From contig NC_057720.1 of the NCBI RefSeq assembly GCF_004010195.1, forward strand, positions 18,359,615 to 18,423,614: a stretch of 64,000 nucleotides of DNA, read 5' to 3'. The translations under genes and the position numbers were made by a program. The DNA comes from Chiloscyllium plagiosum (Eukaryota). Shown piece after piece: positions 24,950 through 38,669 of this stretch (position 1 is the first letter of the stretch; every line of letters starts with the position of its first letter). The notes under the pieces were generated by a model. The model ran no database searches. It worked only from the letters and a program-made list of their open reading frames with translations, and was not told where the DNA came from.

Positions 24950-25755
24950 AATTTAGATAAATGCGAGGTGCTGCATTTTGGAAAAGTAAATTTTAGAAGG
25001 ACTTATACACTTAATGGTAAGGTACGAGGGAGTGTTGCTGAATAAAGAGACCTTGGAGTGCAGGTTCATAGCTCCTTGAAAGTGGAGTCACAGGTAGATA
25101 GGATAGTGAAGAAGGTGTTTGGTATGCTTTCCTTTATTGGTCAGAGTATTAAGCACAGGAGTTGGGAGGTCATGTTGCAGCTGTACAGGACATTGGTTAG
25201 GCCACTATTGGAATATTGCATGCAATTCTGGTCTCCTGTCTCTTGGAAAGATGTTGTGAAACTTGAAAGGGTTCAGAAAAGATTCACAGGGATGTTGCCA
25301 GGGTTGGAGGATTTGAGCTATATGCAGAGGCTGAACAGGCTGGGGCTGTTTTCCCTGGAGCGTTGGAGGCTGAGGGGTGACCTTATAGAGGTTTACAAAA
25401 TTGTGAGGGGCATGGATAGGATAAATAGGCAAAGTCTTTTCCCTGGGGTCGGGGGAGTCCAGAACTAGAGGGCAGAGGTTTAGGATGAGGGGGGAAAGAT
25501 ATAAAAGAGACCTACGGGGCAACCTTTTCACACACAGGGTGGTATGGGTATGGAATGAGCTGCCAGAGGAAGTGGTAGAGGTTGGTACAATTGCAACATT
25601 TAAGAGGCATTAGGATGGGTATATGAATAGGAAGGGTTTGGAGGGATATGGGCCGGGTGCTGGCAGGTGGGACGAGATTGGGTTGGGATATCTTGTCGGC
25701 GTGGACGGGTTGGACCGAAGGGTCTGTTTCCATGCTCTACATCTCTATGACTCTA
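24950..25755 (+). mobile_element. 5'-truncated CR1 (relatively young)
   Basis: ORF 25058-25468 (LYRTLVRPLLEYCMQFWSP...RLRGDLIEVYKI); intact 3' tail. Confidence 0.93.
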
Positions 25756-26052
25756 GTCAATTTTTTGTCCACTCAATTAATCTAACTAATCCCTTTGTAG
25801 GCTTTTGGTCCCCTCCTCACACTTTGCTCTCCCACTTGGCATCATTATCAGCAAGTTTATTTTGTCCCTTCATCCAAGTCAATGATCTGGACTTTATTAG
25901 CCAAACTGGTCCACTTGTCAGGACTCTTTCTTTCCTGATAGTTCTCTCGTCCTTTATCAAGACAAACATATTACCTCAATATCATGAGCTGTGTGGTAAT
26001 CTTTTATGTGGTACTTTATCAAATAGCTTTTGGACAAAGGAGCAGAAAGAAT

Positions 26053-26058
26053 TTTAAT
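26053..26058 (-). terminator. Candidate DIPK1A polyadenylation signal (ATTAAA); alternative AATAAA at 26300-26305
   Basis: ATTAAA on - lies at the edge of the AT-rich unique 3' region and is followed by the U-rich tctttctgctcctttgt. Confidence 0.45.
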
Positions 26059-26642
26059 AGCCATTTACAGACATAAAAACTGGCATGGTATTTTTAAATA
26101 CTGTACAGTCAACAGGATTAATGAAATGAATATGAATATAAAGTGCTCAATTACAATTATTTTTGTAAACCAGATTTTGTAATCTAATTATATAGTTGAA
26201 ATTCTAAAACATTTCAAAATTCTTTCTATTCTAAAATAGAAGTAAAGGCAATCTCTTCCTGATTTAGATTTTCTCCAGTTTACAATATTAATATGTAATT
26301 TTATTTAAGCTAAAAAGACTGTCAATTTTAACCAACAATCTCTTCTGCAAATAAATAATCATGCTACAAACAATAGATTAAAAAAAGACATTAAAAACTT
26401 TTCATGCTGTGTAAATGTTTTTTTAAAACCCATCAAAAAGAAAAGCAGCAACATTAATAACCACAAAACAAAAAACAAATTCTGTAGTGGTTTTAGGTTT
26501 TTTTTTGTTTAACAGTAATAAACAGAAATATTATTAATAATGCTGTTCTGTGCGACATGGCCGAATTGAACCAACTAGAACAATCTGCGAAAAAAAATAC
26601 TTCCCAAATGATTTTCAATTGATATGAATTTTCCTTTAGTGT

Positions 26643-27470
<828 letters not shown>

Positions 27471-27531
27471 TTATATTGTATGTTCTCAAAGTAATGTTTG
27501 TACCAATTTGAAAATGTCAACAAAGACCTAC

Positions 27532-27708
27532 CTTTAAAAGGCTGTACACCATTTCTCGAAATTCCTCCATTGAAGTTCCTTTTGTTGGTTTATCAAATAA
27601 CACCATCTCCTTTCTTGGCTCCATGTTAGAATCCAAATCGAAGTGGAATGGTTCTTCAAGTCTGCATTTTAAGATGACTTGTGATTCATCCCACATTCCC
27701 CTGTAAAC
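27532..27708 (-). CDS. DIPK1A: DIPK1A coding exon 4 (177 nt)
   Basis: ttcaag| acceptor; encodes VYRGMWDESQVILKCRLEEPFHFDLDSNMEPRKEMVLFDKPTKGTSMEEFREMVYSLLK; donor |gtaggt. Confidence 0.94.
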
Positions 27709-29783
27709 CTTGAAAATAGTAAGAGATTTGGAGCTAATTATGGGGATCCAATTATAAGGTGAACAGATGAATGATTGTGGCCACAAGTGAATCCACAAGA
27801 TGATATGCTGCCTCCTGGGTACTATGGTATTGGACGTCTTGGAGTGACCACATGACATTTCAGTGGGAGACTGAACAGTCATGACCTTGGTACATATTGG
27901 TAACAACAACATTGGTAAGGAAAGGAAGGAGATCCTGAAAGCACAACATAGGGAGTTAGGAAACAAATTTAAAAGTAGGACCTCAAAAATAGTGATCTCA
28001 GATGTGCTATCAATGCCATGTGTTACAGTAATAAAAACAGGATAGATCAAATGAATATGGGCAAGGGAGAGGGTTTCAGATTCTGGGGAAAGGGGAGCCA
28101 GTACAAACTGGACAGGTTGCACCTGGACAGAATCAGAACTGATGTCCTATGGAGACTATTTGTTAATGCAGTTGGGGAGGATTTAAATTAAATGGCAGGG
28201 GGCATGGGAACCTAAAGAGGGAAGACAATTGAGAGGGAAACAAGGACAAAATGAACAGCTAGAATTGGAACTAAGAAAATTGATTGGGTAGCAAATTCAT
28301 GCGACAATGCTCAGTAATGCGAACAGGGCTAAAAATGTTAAAACGAGAAGGTTTAAGGCACTGGGTCTTAATTTGCAGAAAATTTGAAATAATGTGGATG
28401 AATTAGTCGTGAAAATAGATACAAATGGATGCAAGGTAGTGGGATTACTGAGACATGGCTGCAGGATGACTGAGAATGAAAGCTGAAAATCCAGGGATAT
28501 TCAGTTTTTAGGAAGGATACACAAAGAGGAAAAGGAAGTGGAGTAGCTTTGCTGGTTAGAGAGCTCATCAATGTAATTGTGAGGACGGATATTAGCTCCA
28601 GTGAGGTGGAATCTATATGAGCAGAGCTTTGAGGCACCAAGGACCAGAAAATGATAGCGGATGTTGTATAAAGATGCCCAAACTGTAGTGGTGATGTTGG
28701 CATTAAACACAAAATTAGAGTCACAAGCAATAAAGGCACAGATGCAATTATGGGCAACTTTAATCTGAATATAGATTGGTCAAATCAAATCCAAATTGTG
28801 TGCAAGATGGCTTTCTGATTAATCTATTGAGAAACCAACTAGAGGCCAGGCCATCCTAGACTGGGGTATTATATAAAGAGTAAGGAATAATTGGCAATCT
28901 AACCATGGGAGGCTTCTTGGGGAACTGTTAGTACTCTATGACAGAATTATAAAAAAAAGTGACATAGTTGATTCTGAGACAAAGGTCCTGAATCTAAATA
29001 AAGGAAACTATGATAGTATGAGATGTGAACTGGCAATGATAAACTGGGGAAGGTTACTTGAGGGGGTGACAGTGGATCAGCAAAGGCAAACATTTAAAGA
29101 TTGCATGGAGGAACAGCAACAATCATTCATTCCTGTCTGGCACAGAGGTAAAATGGAGAAGGTGGCCCAATTATGGCTAAGAATGGAAATTAGGGATGGT
29201 ATTAGATCAAGGATGGGGCATACAAATTAGCCAGAAAACAGCAGCAAACTCAAGGATTCGGAGCAGGTTAGATTCTAGCAAAGGAGGACAAAGAGATTAT
29301 TTAAGGAAGGAAAAAGAGAGAACAAGAGTGAGCTTGCAGAGAATATACAAACTGATTGTGAAAGTGTCTATGGGTGTGTGAAGAGAAGACTGATGAAGAT
29401 AAACACAGGTCCTTACAATCAGAAATAGGTGAAGTTATAATGGGTAACAAAGATAGCATTTTAATTAAATACATATTTTGGTTCTGTCTACACAAAGGAG
29501 CACACAAATGATGTCTCACATGGATTAGTGAGAGGGGAAATGAAGGAAATCAGTAGGGAAATAGTAGAGGAAATTGATAGGATTAAAGGCTGACAAATTT
29601 CCAGGGCCCGATAATCCATGTCCCAAAGTACTTAAGGAAGTGGCCCTAGAAATAGTGGATGTATTGGAGGTCATCGTTCAAAATTCAAAAGATTTTGGAA
29701 CAGTTCCTATGAAAATGGAGGGTAGCGAACATACCCCCACTATTTCAAAAAGAAGGTAGAGAGAGAAAACAAGGAATTACATT

Positions 29784-30570
29784 TGTGGCCGGATCAGTCA
29801 TCCAAAATAATGAACTCATGATGGACAATAATAAACTTACCATGGAGTTACAAAAGATGGACAATGATTAAAGCATGCTGGGAAACAGAACCCAGCCTTG
29901 ACCAAAGTGACTGTGTCAATCCAAATGCTGCAGAATCCAGACAAGCTGCAGCTTCCCACAGTCGGTTTGCCAACAAACCGCACAGCTGCAGACCCTGCAA
30001 CACACACCTGAAGTTGGACATGAATGGGACAATGGAAAGTTGCCCTTGGGACATGTGGGAGCAGAGACAGTCTTTCACTTGTCACGAAGGTGCCTAGCAC
30101 CCTTATTTAGAAGAGGCTATGTGCACCCAGAACCTACCATAATGGACACCTAGGGGCCACCCTGCCATCAATGTGCCAACACCTGGTTGGGTCTGATTGA
30201 TCAGGGCAATCAAACCATTAGCAGATCCTCAAAGGGCGCGAAGACTTGGAAACTTGGAAGGATAAGAATTGTTGCAAAACCCAGCTCGGAGCAGTAACTC
30301 TATAATAACAGAGAGAAGACATGTCCAAGACCATTGGAAGAAGACGACATCACTATGTGGAGCTCAGCTAAGTTCTGGTGAAGTGGTATATGAGCATACA
30401 AAGTTAAGTTAAAGGATAAAATAGTTTGTAGTGTTTCTTGTTAGTTTATAGTATACTTTATTGTTCTAATTAATTTTGTTCATTAAACAAATATTATTGT
30501 TTATAAGAGTCGACTCACAGTTCTTTTGCTGATTATAAGAACTTAAACACACTGTGTGGCAGGTACAACA
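29784..30570 (+). mobile_element. Candidate solo LTR (about 790 bp)
   Basis: TGTGG...CAACA termini; near 4-bp duplication catt/cact; TATAA at about 30301 and ATTAAA at about 30482; interrupts the CR1 RT. Confidence 0.55.
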
Positions 30571-31560
30571 CACTGATAGTAGGGAAAAGTCTGGAGTCCT
30601 TCATAAAAGGTTTAATAGCAGACAATTTGGAAAACAGTGACAGAACCAGCAGATTTACAAAAGGGAAATCATGCTTGACAGATCTATTGGAATTTTGAGA
30701 GGTTGTAACTAGTAGAGTTAATCACTGGGAACCAGTGGTTGAGGTATACATGGACCTTCAGAAATCATTTGTTAAGGTCCCCACATAAATGAACATGTAA
30801 AGTTAAAGCACGTGGGATCGGGGGAAATGTACTGGCATGAACAGAACTGGCCAACAGACAGGAAAGAGAGTAGAAATAAAACAAGTTAGGTTGTGAGTGG
30901 CAGCCAATGATCAGTGGGGTAGTGCAGGGATCAGTGCTGGGACCCCAGCTAGTCACAATATTTATTCATGATTTAGATGAGTGAACTAAATTTTATACTT
31001 CCAAGGTTGCAGGCTACACAAAGCTAGGTGGGAGGGTGAACTGTGGAGGACGCAGACATGCTTCAGTATGATTTGGACAAGTTGAGCGATGAAGAAAATG
31101 CATGGCAAATCAGGCATACCGTCAATAAATGTGAGGTTATCCAATTTGGTAGCAAAACCAAGAAGGTGGATTATTATCTGAATGGCGATAGTTTGGGAAA
31201 GGGGGAGATGTAAAAAGACTGATGTCCTTGTACATCAGTCGCTGAAAGTAAGCATGCAGATGCAGCAGGTGGTGAAGACAACAAATGGTATGTTGGCCTT
31301 CTTAACAAGAGCATTTGGGTACAGAAGCATGGATGCTTTGCTGAAATTGAACGGGCCTTGGTTAGACCAGACCTGCAGTATTGTGTGCAGTTTCGGTCTT
31401 CCACGAATGGATTTTCTGGCTGTGATGGGAATGCAAGAAAGATTTACCAGACTGATTCCTGGGATAGCAAGACTGACATATGAAGAGAGACTGGATCAGT
31501 TAGGGCTATATCCACGAGAGGTTAGAAGAATGAGAGGAGATCTCAGAAATCCTAATAGGA

Positions 31561-31887
31561 TTAGATTAGATTACATTACATTACATTATATTACAGTGTG
31601 GAAACAGGCCCTTCGGCCCAACAAGTCCACACCGACTCGCCGAAGCGTAACCCACCCATACCCCTACATTTACCCCTTACCTAACACTACGGGCAATTTA
31701 ACATGGCCAATTCACCTGACCTGCACATCTTTTGGACTGTGGGAGGAAACCGGAGCATCCGGAGGAAACCCACACAGACACGGGGAGAATGTGCAAACTC
31801 CACACAGTCAGTCGCCTGAGGCGGGAATTGAACCCGGGTCTCTGGCGCTGTGAGGCAGCAGTGCTAACCACTGTGCCACCGTGCCGC
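31561..31887 (-). mobile_element. Full-length HE1/V-SINE nested in the CR1
   Basis: Near-identical to 22953-23273, with a (taatg/taatc)n tail. Confidence 0.93.
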
Positions 31888-32490
31888 AGGAGAGATGTTC
31901 CTAATGATTGAGTAGTCCAGAACCAGGGATCATAGTCCAAGGATACAGGGTAGGCGATTTACAACGGAGATGAGGAAAAATGTCTTCACCCAGGGATTGG
32001 TGAGCCTGTAGAATTCTCTACCACAAAAAGTGGTTGAGACCAAAACATTGTATATCTTCAAGCAGTTAGATTTATTTTTAGGGCTTTGGGGTGCAAGTGG
32101 GAATGGGGACTGAGTTGAGTGATCAACCACAATCATACCGAATGATGGAGCAGGCTGGAAGGGTCAAATGGCCCATTCTTGTTCCTATTCTCTATATTAA
32201 TGAAATAGAAAAGTCAAAGTTGCTAAACAAAACATCAAAATTAAAGTTTCGAAAGTATTTTGGCATAAATAAGGATTTTTAAGAATGTTGGAAAACCATT
32301 TAGAACTTATTTTACAACCAAAATTACAACTGGCTTATATATAGAATATTTAAGTCGTGAACAGATTAGAAAATTTTGATTATATCATACAATAGTTTTT
32401 GATTTCTACTTTTTAAATATTTTGCAAATAATCGCACATCCCACCGCTGCCAGCGATCTAAATATTCTGACAGCCCATCACTTTGCATTT

Positions 32491-32800
32491 GGGCGGCACG
32501 GTGGCTAAGTGGTTAGCATTGCTGCCTCACAGCACCAGGGTCCCAGGTTCGATTCCAGCCTCGGGTGACTGTCTGTGCACATTCTCCCCGTGTCTGCATG
32601 GGTTTCCTCCGGGTGCTCCGGTTTCCTCCCACAGTCCAAAGATGTGTAGGTCAGGTGAATTGGCCATGCTCAATTGCCCATAGTGTTAGGTGCATTAGTC
32701 AGAGGGAAATGTATCTGGGTGGGTTACTCTTCGGAGAGTCGGTGTGGGCTTGTTGGGCCGAAGGGCCTGTTTCCACACTGTAGGGGATGTAATCTAAAAT
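32491..32800 (+). mobile_element. HE1/V-SINE variant
   Basis: gggcggcacggtggctaagtggttagc head, ggttcgattcc B-box, V-domain and CR1-like tail. Confidence 0.9.
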
Positions 32801-33306
32801 CTAGTCAAGATCTAATCATGACATTACTGAAATTAATTTTCACTAATTTTTAGATGTCCTTTTGCAAAAGCTCTTCCTCCCAGATAAAAGGAACAAGGGA
32901 ACTTGCTTTTCTACTTGTGCTAATATGTTGTCAATTACTTAAAAATGTGCAGGAACAACTGAATACGATAGACTTAATTGGATCATAGCTCATTGACTTA
33001 CTCAACACAATCAATATGTTGTTGATAAAAACTAACATATGAGCAAGAAACAAGAAGAAGCCACTGTCTTCTTCAAGCCTGCTCTACCTTTCAACAAGAT
33101 CAGAGTGAACCGGATTTCAACTTCAACTTTACATTCCTGCATATCTTTCATCTGTTTGGTAATCAAGGAACTATCTATCTCTGCATTAAAAATATTTAAA
33201 GTTTCTGCTTCCATTGCCTTTTAAGGAAGGGCATTCTAAAGGCTCAGAGCCCTCAGAAAACTGTTGCCTCATCTGTTTTAAATGAGTGCCCTTGACCATC
33301 ATCTTA

Positions 33307-33440
33307 CGGGTGGTTCTGCTATAACGCGACAGTTGTGTTCCTCTGCAATCTCACGCTGAATAATATCGCACTATGAAAACCCACGCTAGAAAATCGCTGT
33401 ACCCGTTCAGTAGAAAGTTCACATTATAGCAGAATACTTG
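33307..33440. mobile_element. Tigger/pogo-like MITE
   Basis: TA-flanked; terminal inverted repeats cgggtggttctgctataacg / cattatagcagaatacttg. Confidence 0.62.
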
Positions 33441-33664
33441 TACCTTCAAACATACACAATGTGTAAATTAACTGTCACTGATCTGAACTATTTTCCATTT
33501 CTACCATAAATTTTTTGTCATTATGACTAGAGATTGGCATCATCCTTTATTTGGCGCTCCTAACATGTTCTTTAAAAGAAACTCTTACAAGAAAGCACAT
33601 GCTAAGGGTGGATGAAGATAAAAATCACAACACCAGGTTATAGTCCAACAGGTTTATTTGGAGG

Positions 33665-33699
33665 TACAAGCTTTCGGAGAGCTTTTCCTTCATCAGGTA
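33665..33699 (-). ncRNA. Minimal hammerhead ribozyme motif (inverted arm)
   Basis: Minus strand: tac-CTGATGA-a-gga-aaagctc-tcc-GAAA-gc-TT-gta; core strands intact, stem II weakened. Confidence 0.6.
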
Positions 33700-33839
33700 G
33701 CTAATGGGGCAGTGTCATAGGACACAGAATTTATAACAAAAGATCATAGAGTCATATAACTGATGCAGTATATTGAACAAATCTATGTTGCTGTTAAGTC
33801 TTTCATCTTTTAAACTGGGTTGCAGGTTTGATTCATTTG

Positions 33840-34071
33840 TGTCAAGAGTCAAAAAGTGTGTTGCTGGAAAAGCACAGCCAGTCAGGCAGCAACTGAGGAG
33901 CAGGAGAGTTGACGTTTCGAGCATAAGCTCTTCATCATGACCTTCCTGAGGAATAGTTTATACTCTAAATGTTAACTCTTCTGCTCCTCAGATGCTGCCT
34001 GACTGGTTGTGCTTTTCCAGCAACACACATTTTGACTCTGATCTCCAGCACCTACAGTCCTCACTTTCTCC
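33840..34071. mobile_element. Fold-back PLE-terminus mini-element nested in the PLE arm
   Basis: gagtcaaaaagtgtgttgctggaaaagcac... is inverted as ...gtgcttttccagcaacacacattttgactc; decayed hammerhead motifs at the centre. Confidence 0.78.
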
Positions 34072-34968
34072 CATTCCATTAATTTATACCTAATTCCCAG
34101 AACTTCTTTCAACTCACATTCCTGAGATAACTTAAGGTTTTACTAAAAAAAGGTGACGTCTCAGCTCAGACACTGCATTAAAGGGGAGGTTAGAGTCTGT
34201 CTCCATCCTAGTCATGAGTCAGACTAGTTCTATTTCCAAAGTAGGAGTTTATAAAGTATCACACGGATTGCCTACAGATTGTGTGCTTTTTGAACAAAAT
34301 AGAATGTATCTACAGCTACAAGTCGAGATAGGGGGAGAAGAAGAGAGTGGGGGGTGTATGTGTGTATGGGGGGGTGGGTTTGTATGACAGCGCCAGAGAG
34401 AAAGACAACATGAGAGAGTGAGAGACACAGCGCGTGAGAGAGATAGCGCGTGAGTGTGTGTATATGAGAGATGGTCTGCATGAGCATGTAAGAGCGTGTG
34501 AAAGAGTCTATCGTGTATTGGGGGTCACCTGTGGTGCGACATGAACCCAAGGTCCCAGTTGAGGCCATCCCCATGGGTACCCGAACTTGACTATCAGCCT
34601 CTGCTCATCCACTCTGTGTTATTGCATACCCAAAAATCCACCTTAGAGGACAGTCACCTGAAGATCCGAGGCCAAATGTCCCGGACCACTGAAGAGTTCC
34701 CCGACTGGGAGGGAACATCCCTGTTTGGTGACTGTTGCGTGGTGTCCATCCATCTGTTGTTGTAGTGTCTGCTTTGTCTGAGCTGGAATGTCACTTTTTT
34801 AAAAGAATAAAACCTTAAGTTACCTCAGGAATGTGACTTGAAAGAAGTTCTGGGACTTGCATTTTAAGGAATCAAAACTTGCAACCCATTCTAAAAGATG
34901 AAAGACTTAACAGCAATCTAGGTTTGTTCAATATATTGCATCAGTTGTATGACACTATAACCTTTTGC

Positions 34969-35260
34969 TAGATTAGATTAGATTCCCTACAGTGTGGAAA
35001 CAGGCCCTTTGGCCCAACTACTTCACACCAATCCTCCAAAAAGTAACCCACCCAGACCCATTCCCCTACTCCCTACTAATGCACCTATCACTATGGGCAA
35101 TTTAGCATTGGACTGTGGGAGGTAACCGGAGCATCCAGAGGAAACCCATGCAGACACTGGGAGAATGCACCAACTCCATGCAGACAGTTGCCAGAGGCTG
35201 GAATCAAACCCAGGCCCCAGCGCTGTGAGGTAGCAGTGCTAACCACTGAGCCACCGTGCC
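34969..35260 (-). mobile_element. HE1/V-SINE (partly deleted) nested in the PLE arm
   Basis: (agatt)n tail at the left and gctaaccactgagccaccgtgcc head at the right. Confidence 0.85.
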
Positions 35261-35734
35261 TATAAATTCTGTGTTCAATGATTCAGCTCCACTAACTACC
35301 TGACAAAGGAGCAGCACTCCGGAAGCTTGTTCTTCCAAATAAACCTACTGGACTATAACCTGGTGTTGTGTGATTTTTAACTTTGTCCATTCCAGTCGAA
35401 CACCAGCACCTCCACAGCACAGAGTCATGTGCCTGGCCTTTAACCTCTTAAGTTAAAAAAAACTTATTGATTGCCTCGAAACTAACTGGTTTATCACTTA
35501 CCTCTTACATGTTGCTTCTCATTCACCAGCTTTCTGAAACCCCTCGCTCTATCCCATGTAATGTTTCTCACACTCTGTCCCTTTTGCTGCTTCGCTCTCC
35601 TGTCCTCCTCACTCCATTGTGCTTGCCTCTATCTTTAGCTCTTCACTCCCTTCCCACTCCTTTGCTCCCTCCTACTCTTATTTTCTGCCTGTACATAGGC
35701 TCCTCAGAGAGTCAAGTGGATTTAAAATGCAGAA

Positions 35735-36080
35735 GGCATGGTGGCTCATGGCTTATCACTGCTGCCTCAAAATCCAGAGATACTGGTTCGGCTCCACCCT
35801 CAGGCGACAGTCTGTGTGGAATTTGCACATACATCCTCTGTCTGCGTGGGTTTCCTCCAGGTGCTCCAGTTTCCTCTCTCAGTCCAAAGATGTGCAGGTC
35901 AGGTGGGTTGGCCATGCTAAATTGTCTGTAGTGTTCAGGGATGTGTAGGTTAGGTGGATTGGACATGGGAAATGAAGGATTACAGGGATAGGGTAGGGAG
36001 GTGGTTCTAGGTGGGATGCTCTTTGTAGGGTTGGTATGGATGCGATGAGCTGCCCCCACACCGTGGGGATTCGATGAAGT
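35735..36080 (+). mobile_element. Diverged HE1/V-SINE, followed by a PLE tail at about 36120-36250
   Basis: V-domain ggtttcctccaggtgctccagtttcctctctcagtccaaagatgtgcagg. Confidence 0.8.
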
Positions 36081-36814
36081 AAAAGTCGTATGCAAAGGTG
36101 GATGAAGATTTGGTGACATTCCAGACAAAGAATTGATGCTCGAAATACAGGCTCTCCTGCTCCTCGGATGCTGCCTGACCTGCTGTGCTTTTCCAGCACC
36201 ACACTTTTTGACTGTGATCTCTTGCATTTGCAGTCCTCACTTTCTCCTAGCATGCAAATGTGTCCATGATGCAAAAACAGGTATGCACTAAGCACTAAAT
36301 CAATAAAAAAAAGATATCCATTCCTAACAGGCATTTTCTCACCAAGTAGAAGTGTTGAAAATTTAAGTTAGAAACAAAATAAAATCACAATTTGGTCAAT
36401 ACTTTAAAATCAGCGAGGGGAGAAAATCAAACAACAAAGCTGTCTGTAAGTTTACTACTGCACTCCTCGACGCAAAGTCCACAATCTCAACCATTTATTC
36501 AGACACAAACAAATGTAGACGTCCTGAGGTCACTTCCAAAATCCTCTGGAGGAGATCAATATACTGAAAACCATTCTCTTGGACAAACAGTAACCCAACT
36601 ACATAGAAGAAAACATGGTTTCAAAATTACCACATTTTGAAAAATCTTTCTTCCATGTAATATTGGCACTTTTGATCAGTGTTCTCCCTGATCTATGAAT
36701 AGCCAATAATTTCAAATTCCAGGATCTAAATCATGGTTCTGTTCAGGTTGATACATGGAGCGACAAGGCCAGCAGATGGTGTTGTGGCATACCTCTAGCC
36801 CTGAATTCTCAATA

Positions 36815-36944
36815 CAGGGCAATCTCCATTGTCTGATCGACTCGGGCGGGCAATATTTTGTTTAGACAATCGAATGCTTGGATAACACAGTTTACCCAAG
36901 CATTGGGATCTTGAGATCTTGTTAAGATAATCAAGGTTTTACTG
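36815..36944. mobile_element. Tigger/pogo-like MITE (degenerate)
   Basis: TA|cagggcaatctccattgtct ... agataatcaaggttttactg|TA. Confidence 0.5.
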
Positions 36945-36982
36945 TATAGCCTGAGAAGTCAACAGCTGTCTTGAGTGGAGGA

Positions 36983-37095
36983 TATGGAGGTGCCAGTGTT
37001 GGACTGGGGTGGACAAAGTTAAAAATCTCTCAACACCAGGTTATAGCTCAATAGTCCTGTTGGACTATAACCTGATGTTGTGTGATTTTTAACTC
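36983..37095 (-). mobile_element. 113-bp hairpin PLE-terminus insertion
   Basis: agttaaaaatctctcaacaccaggttatag pairs with ctataacctgatgttgtgtgatttttaact; 11-bp duplication tgag(t/c)ggagga at 36972-36982 and 37096-37106. Confidence 0.72.
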
Positions 37096-37770
37096 TGAGC
37101 GGAGGAGTAGTTTCTCTAACACAGGTACACATTCTTCAACAACCTGCTCTTCAGTAATTAAGACCAAATACAACATAATAGACAAAAAAAATGACTGCAA
37201 TGTTTAGGTAATAATTGATCATATTTCTGATCTGCTGGAATTGCTCACACCTCTAAATAGAGAGTAAAACAACATTCAAATTTAAATTTGTTTGCATTTA
37301 AAGCAGAGCTAAGAGCTAAAATGGCCATGTTTAGTGACAGAGTAACAAAGATGTGAATTTTTGATGACATCCAAAGTCCATATCTTAGAGTTTAAGTTTG
37401 TATGATACTGTACAGTTTGCTGAATCTGACAGTAAATCATGAATTAAAAGTTCAGATTTCACAGGAAAAATCATGTAAAATCATGTGATTTGAAACATTA
37501 CAGCAAAAGCAATGACTTTTTTTGCTTTAATGTTTTTGTTGTACATGTAAACTTGTCATTGTGTATAATAATAAAGTAAAAGACAGATTAAATGTAAAAA
37601 AAAATGTTCTACAGTCCAGTTCTTGACAACCAGTTAAACAACCATCTTCCATAATGCTAAAACATGTCAATCAGTGATGCAGTCAACTAACATGACCTTA
37701 TTGCTCCAAAACGTAGTATTTGCAATACATTCCTTAAAACATTTTAAAAATTAGCAGTGTGCAATCTTTA

Positions 37771-37914
<144 letters not shown>

Positions 37915-38669
37915 CTAGAAGAGAAATAGCACAAGACTGTAAGATCCTTTCAGAAGTGTATTCACAAAAAAGGAGATTCTCAATTTTACACACACTAGAT
38001 AAAGGATGGCAAGACCAGCCTTAATTTCCCTTTGCTGGGCTATTTTAGAGTCAACCACCTTAATGTATACTGGGTGTAACACATAAGACTGTAAGAAATA
38101 GGAACAGGAATGGGACATTTGCCTTTCAAGCCTGCCATTAAATAGAATCATGGTTAGCCAGACCAGACTGCAGATTTCTTTCCCTAAGGCACATTTGTGA
38201 ATCAGATGGGTTTGCAGATCTCAAGGAAAAATCATTTTCTCCGGCAAACCATTCTGTGTATAATCACACTATTATTAATATCGTCTTTTTACCATGCTTT
38301 AGGAAACATTATGTTTCTTCCATTGTTTCTGATTATTCAAAAATTGTATTACTGCTGTCCCCTTAGCTACCATCTCCCTCCATAACAAATATTAACACCA
38401 GGTCTGCTAAAATTTCAACAATCTGTAATTGACATTTTCTCTGATAATCTTTACCACATCAAATAACTATACTTTAAAAAGTACTCAGTTGGTTACAATG
38501 AACTTTGCAATACTATAATCATAAAATTTTAAGGTGCACCTTTTATGCAATCTTGATTTTTTAATAATTAACTTTACATGGCTGAGGATCAGCTGATCTT
38601 TTACAATTTCTCCTTTATGGTCCTTCTATATTCCTTCGTTCTCCGTTGCACTTCCTACCTGACACCTGT

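Larger units (their letters stand above)
27718..32195 (+). mobile_element. Long degenerate CR1 (ORF1 esterase, endonuclease, RT, 3' end) with a nested candidate LTR and SINE
   Basis: Esterase-like segment at about 27720-28190, GITETWLQ endonuclease motif at about 28440, LKADKFPGPD...VLKEVALEIV, and a 3' tail near 32170. Confidence 0.85.
33620..35420 (-). mobile_element. PLE with long inverted pLTR arms around a GIY-YIG remnant; same family as 6388-6794
   Basis: Arms at about 33620-34170 and 34777-35381 are inverted. The central minus frame (about 34525-34765) gives QQMDGHHATVTKQGCSLPVGELFSGPGHLASDL...EQRLIVKFG.THGDGLNWDLGFMSH. Confidence 0.82.

Noticed and set aside
27709..28122. N-terminal extension of the 201-aa ORF 27517-28122
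   Set aside because: Only 27532-27708 is DIPK1A exon 4; the rest is antisense CR1 read-through.
31182..31853. 223-aa ORF
   Set aside because: It is a chance fusion of degenerate CR1 ORF2 and an antisense SINE.
34330..34500. TG/AG-rich low-complexity tract
   Set aside because: It is a decayed microsatellite within the PLE 3' region, not an independent feature.
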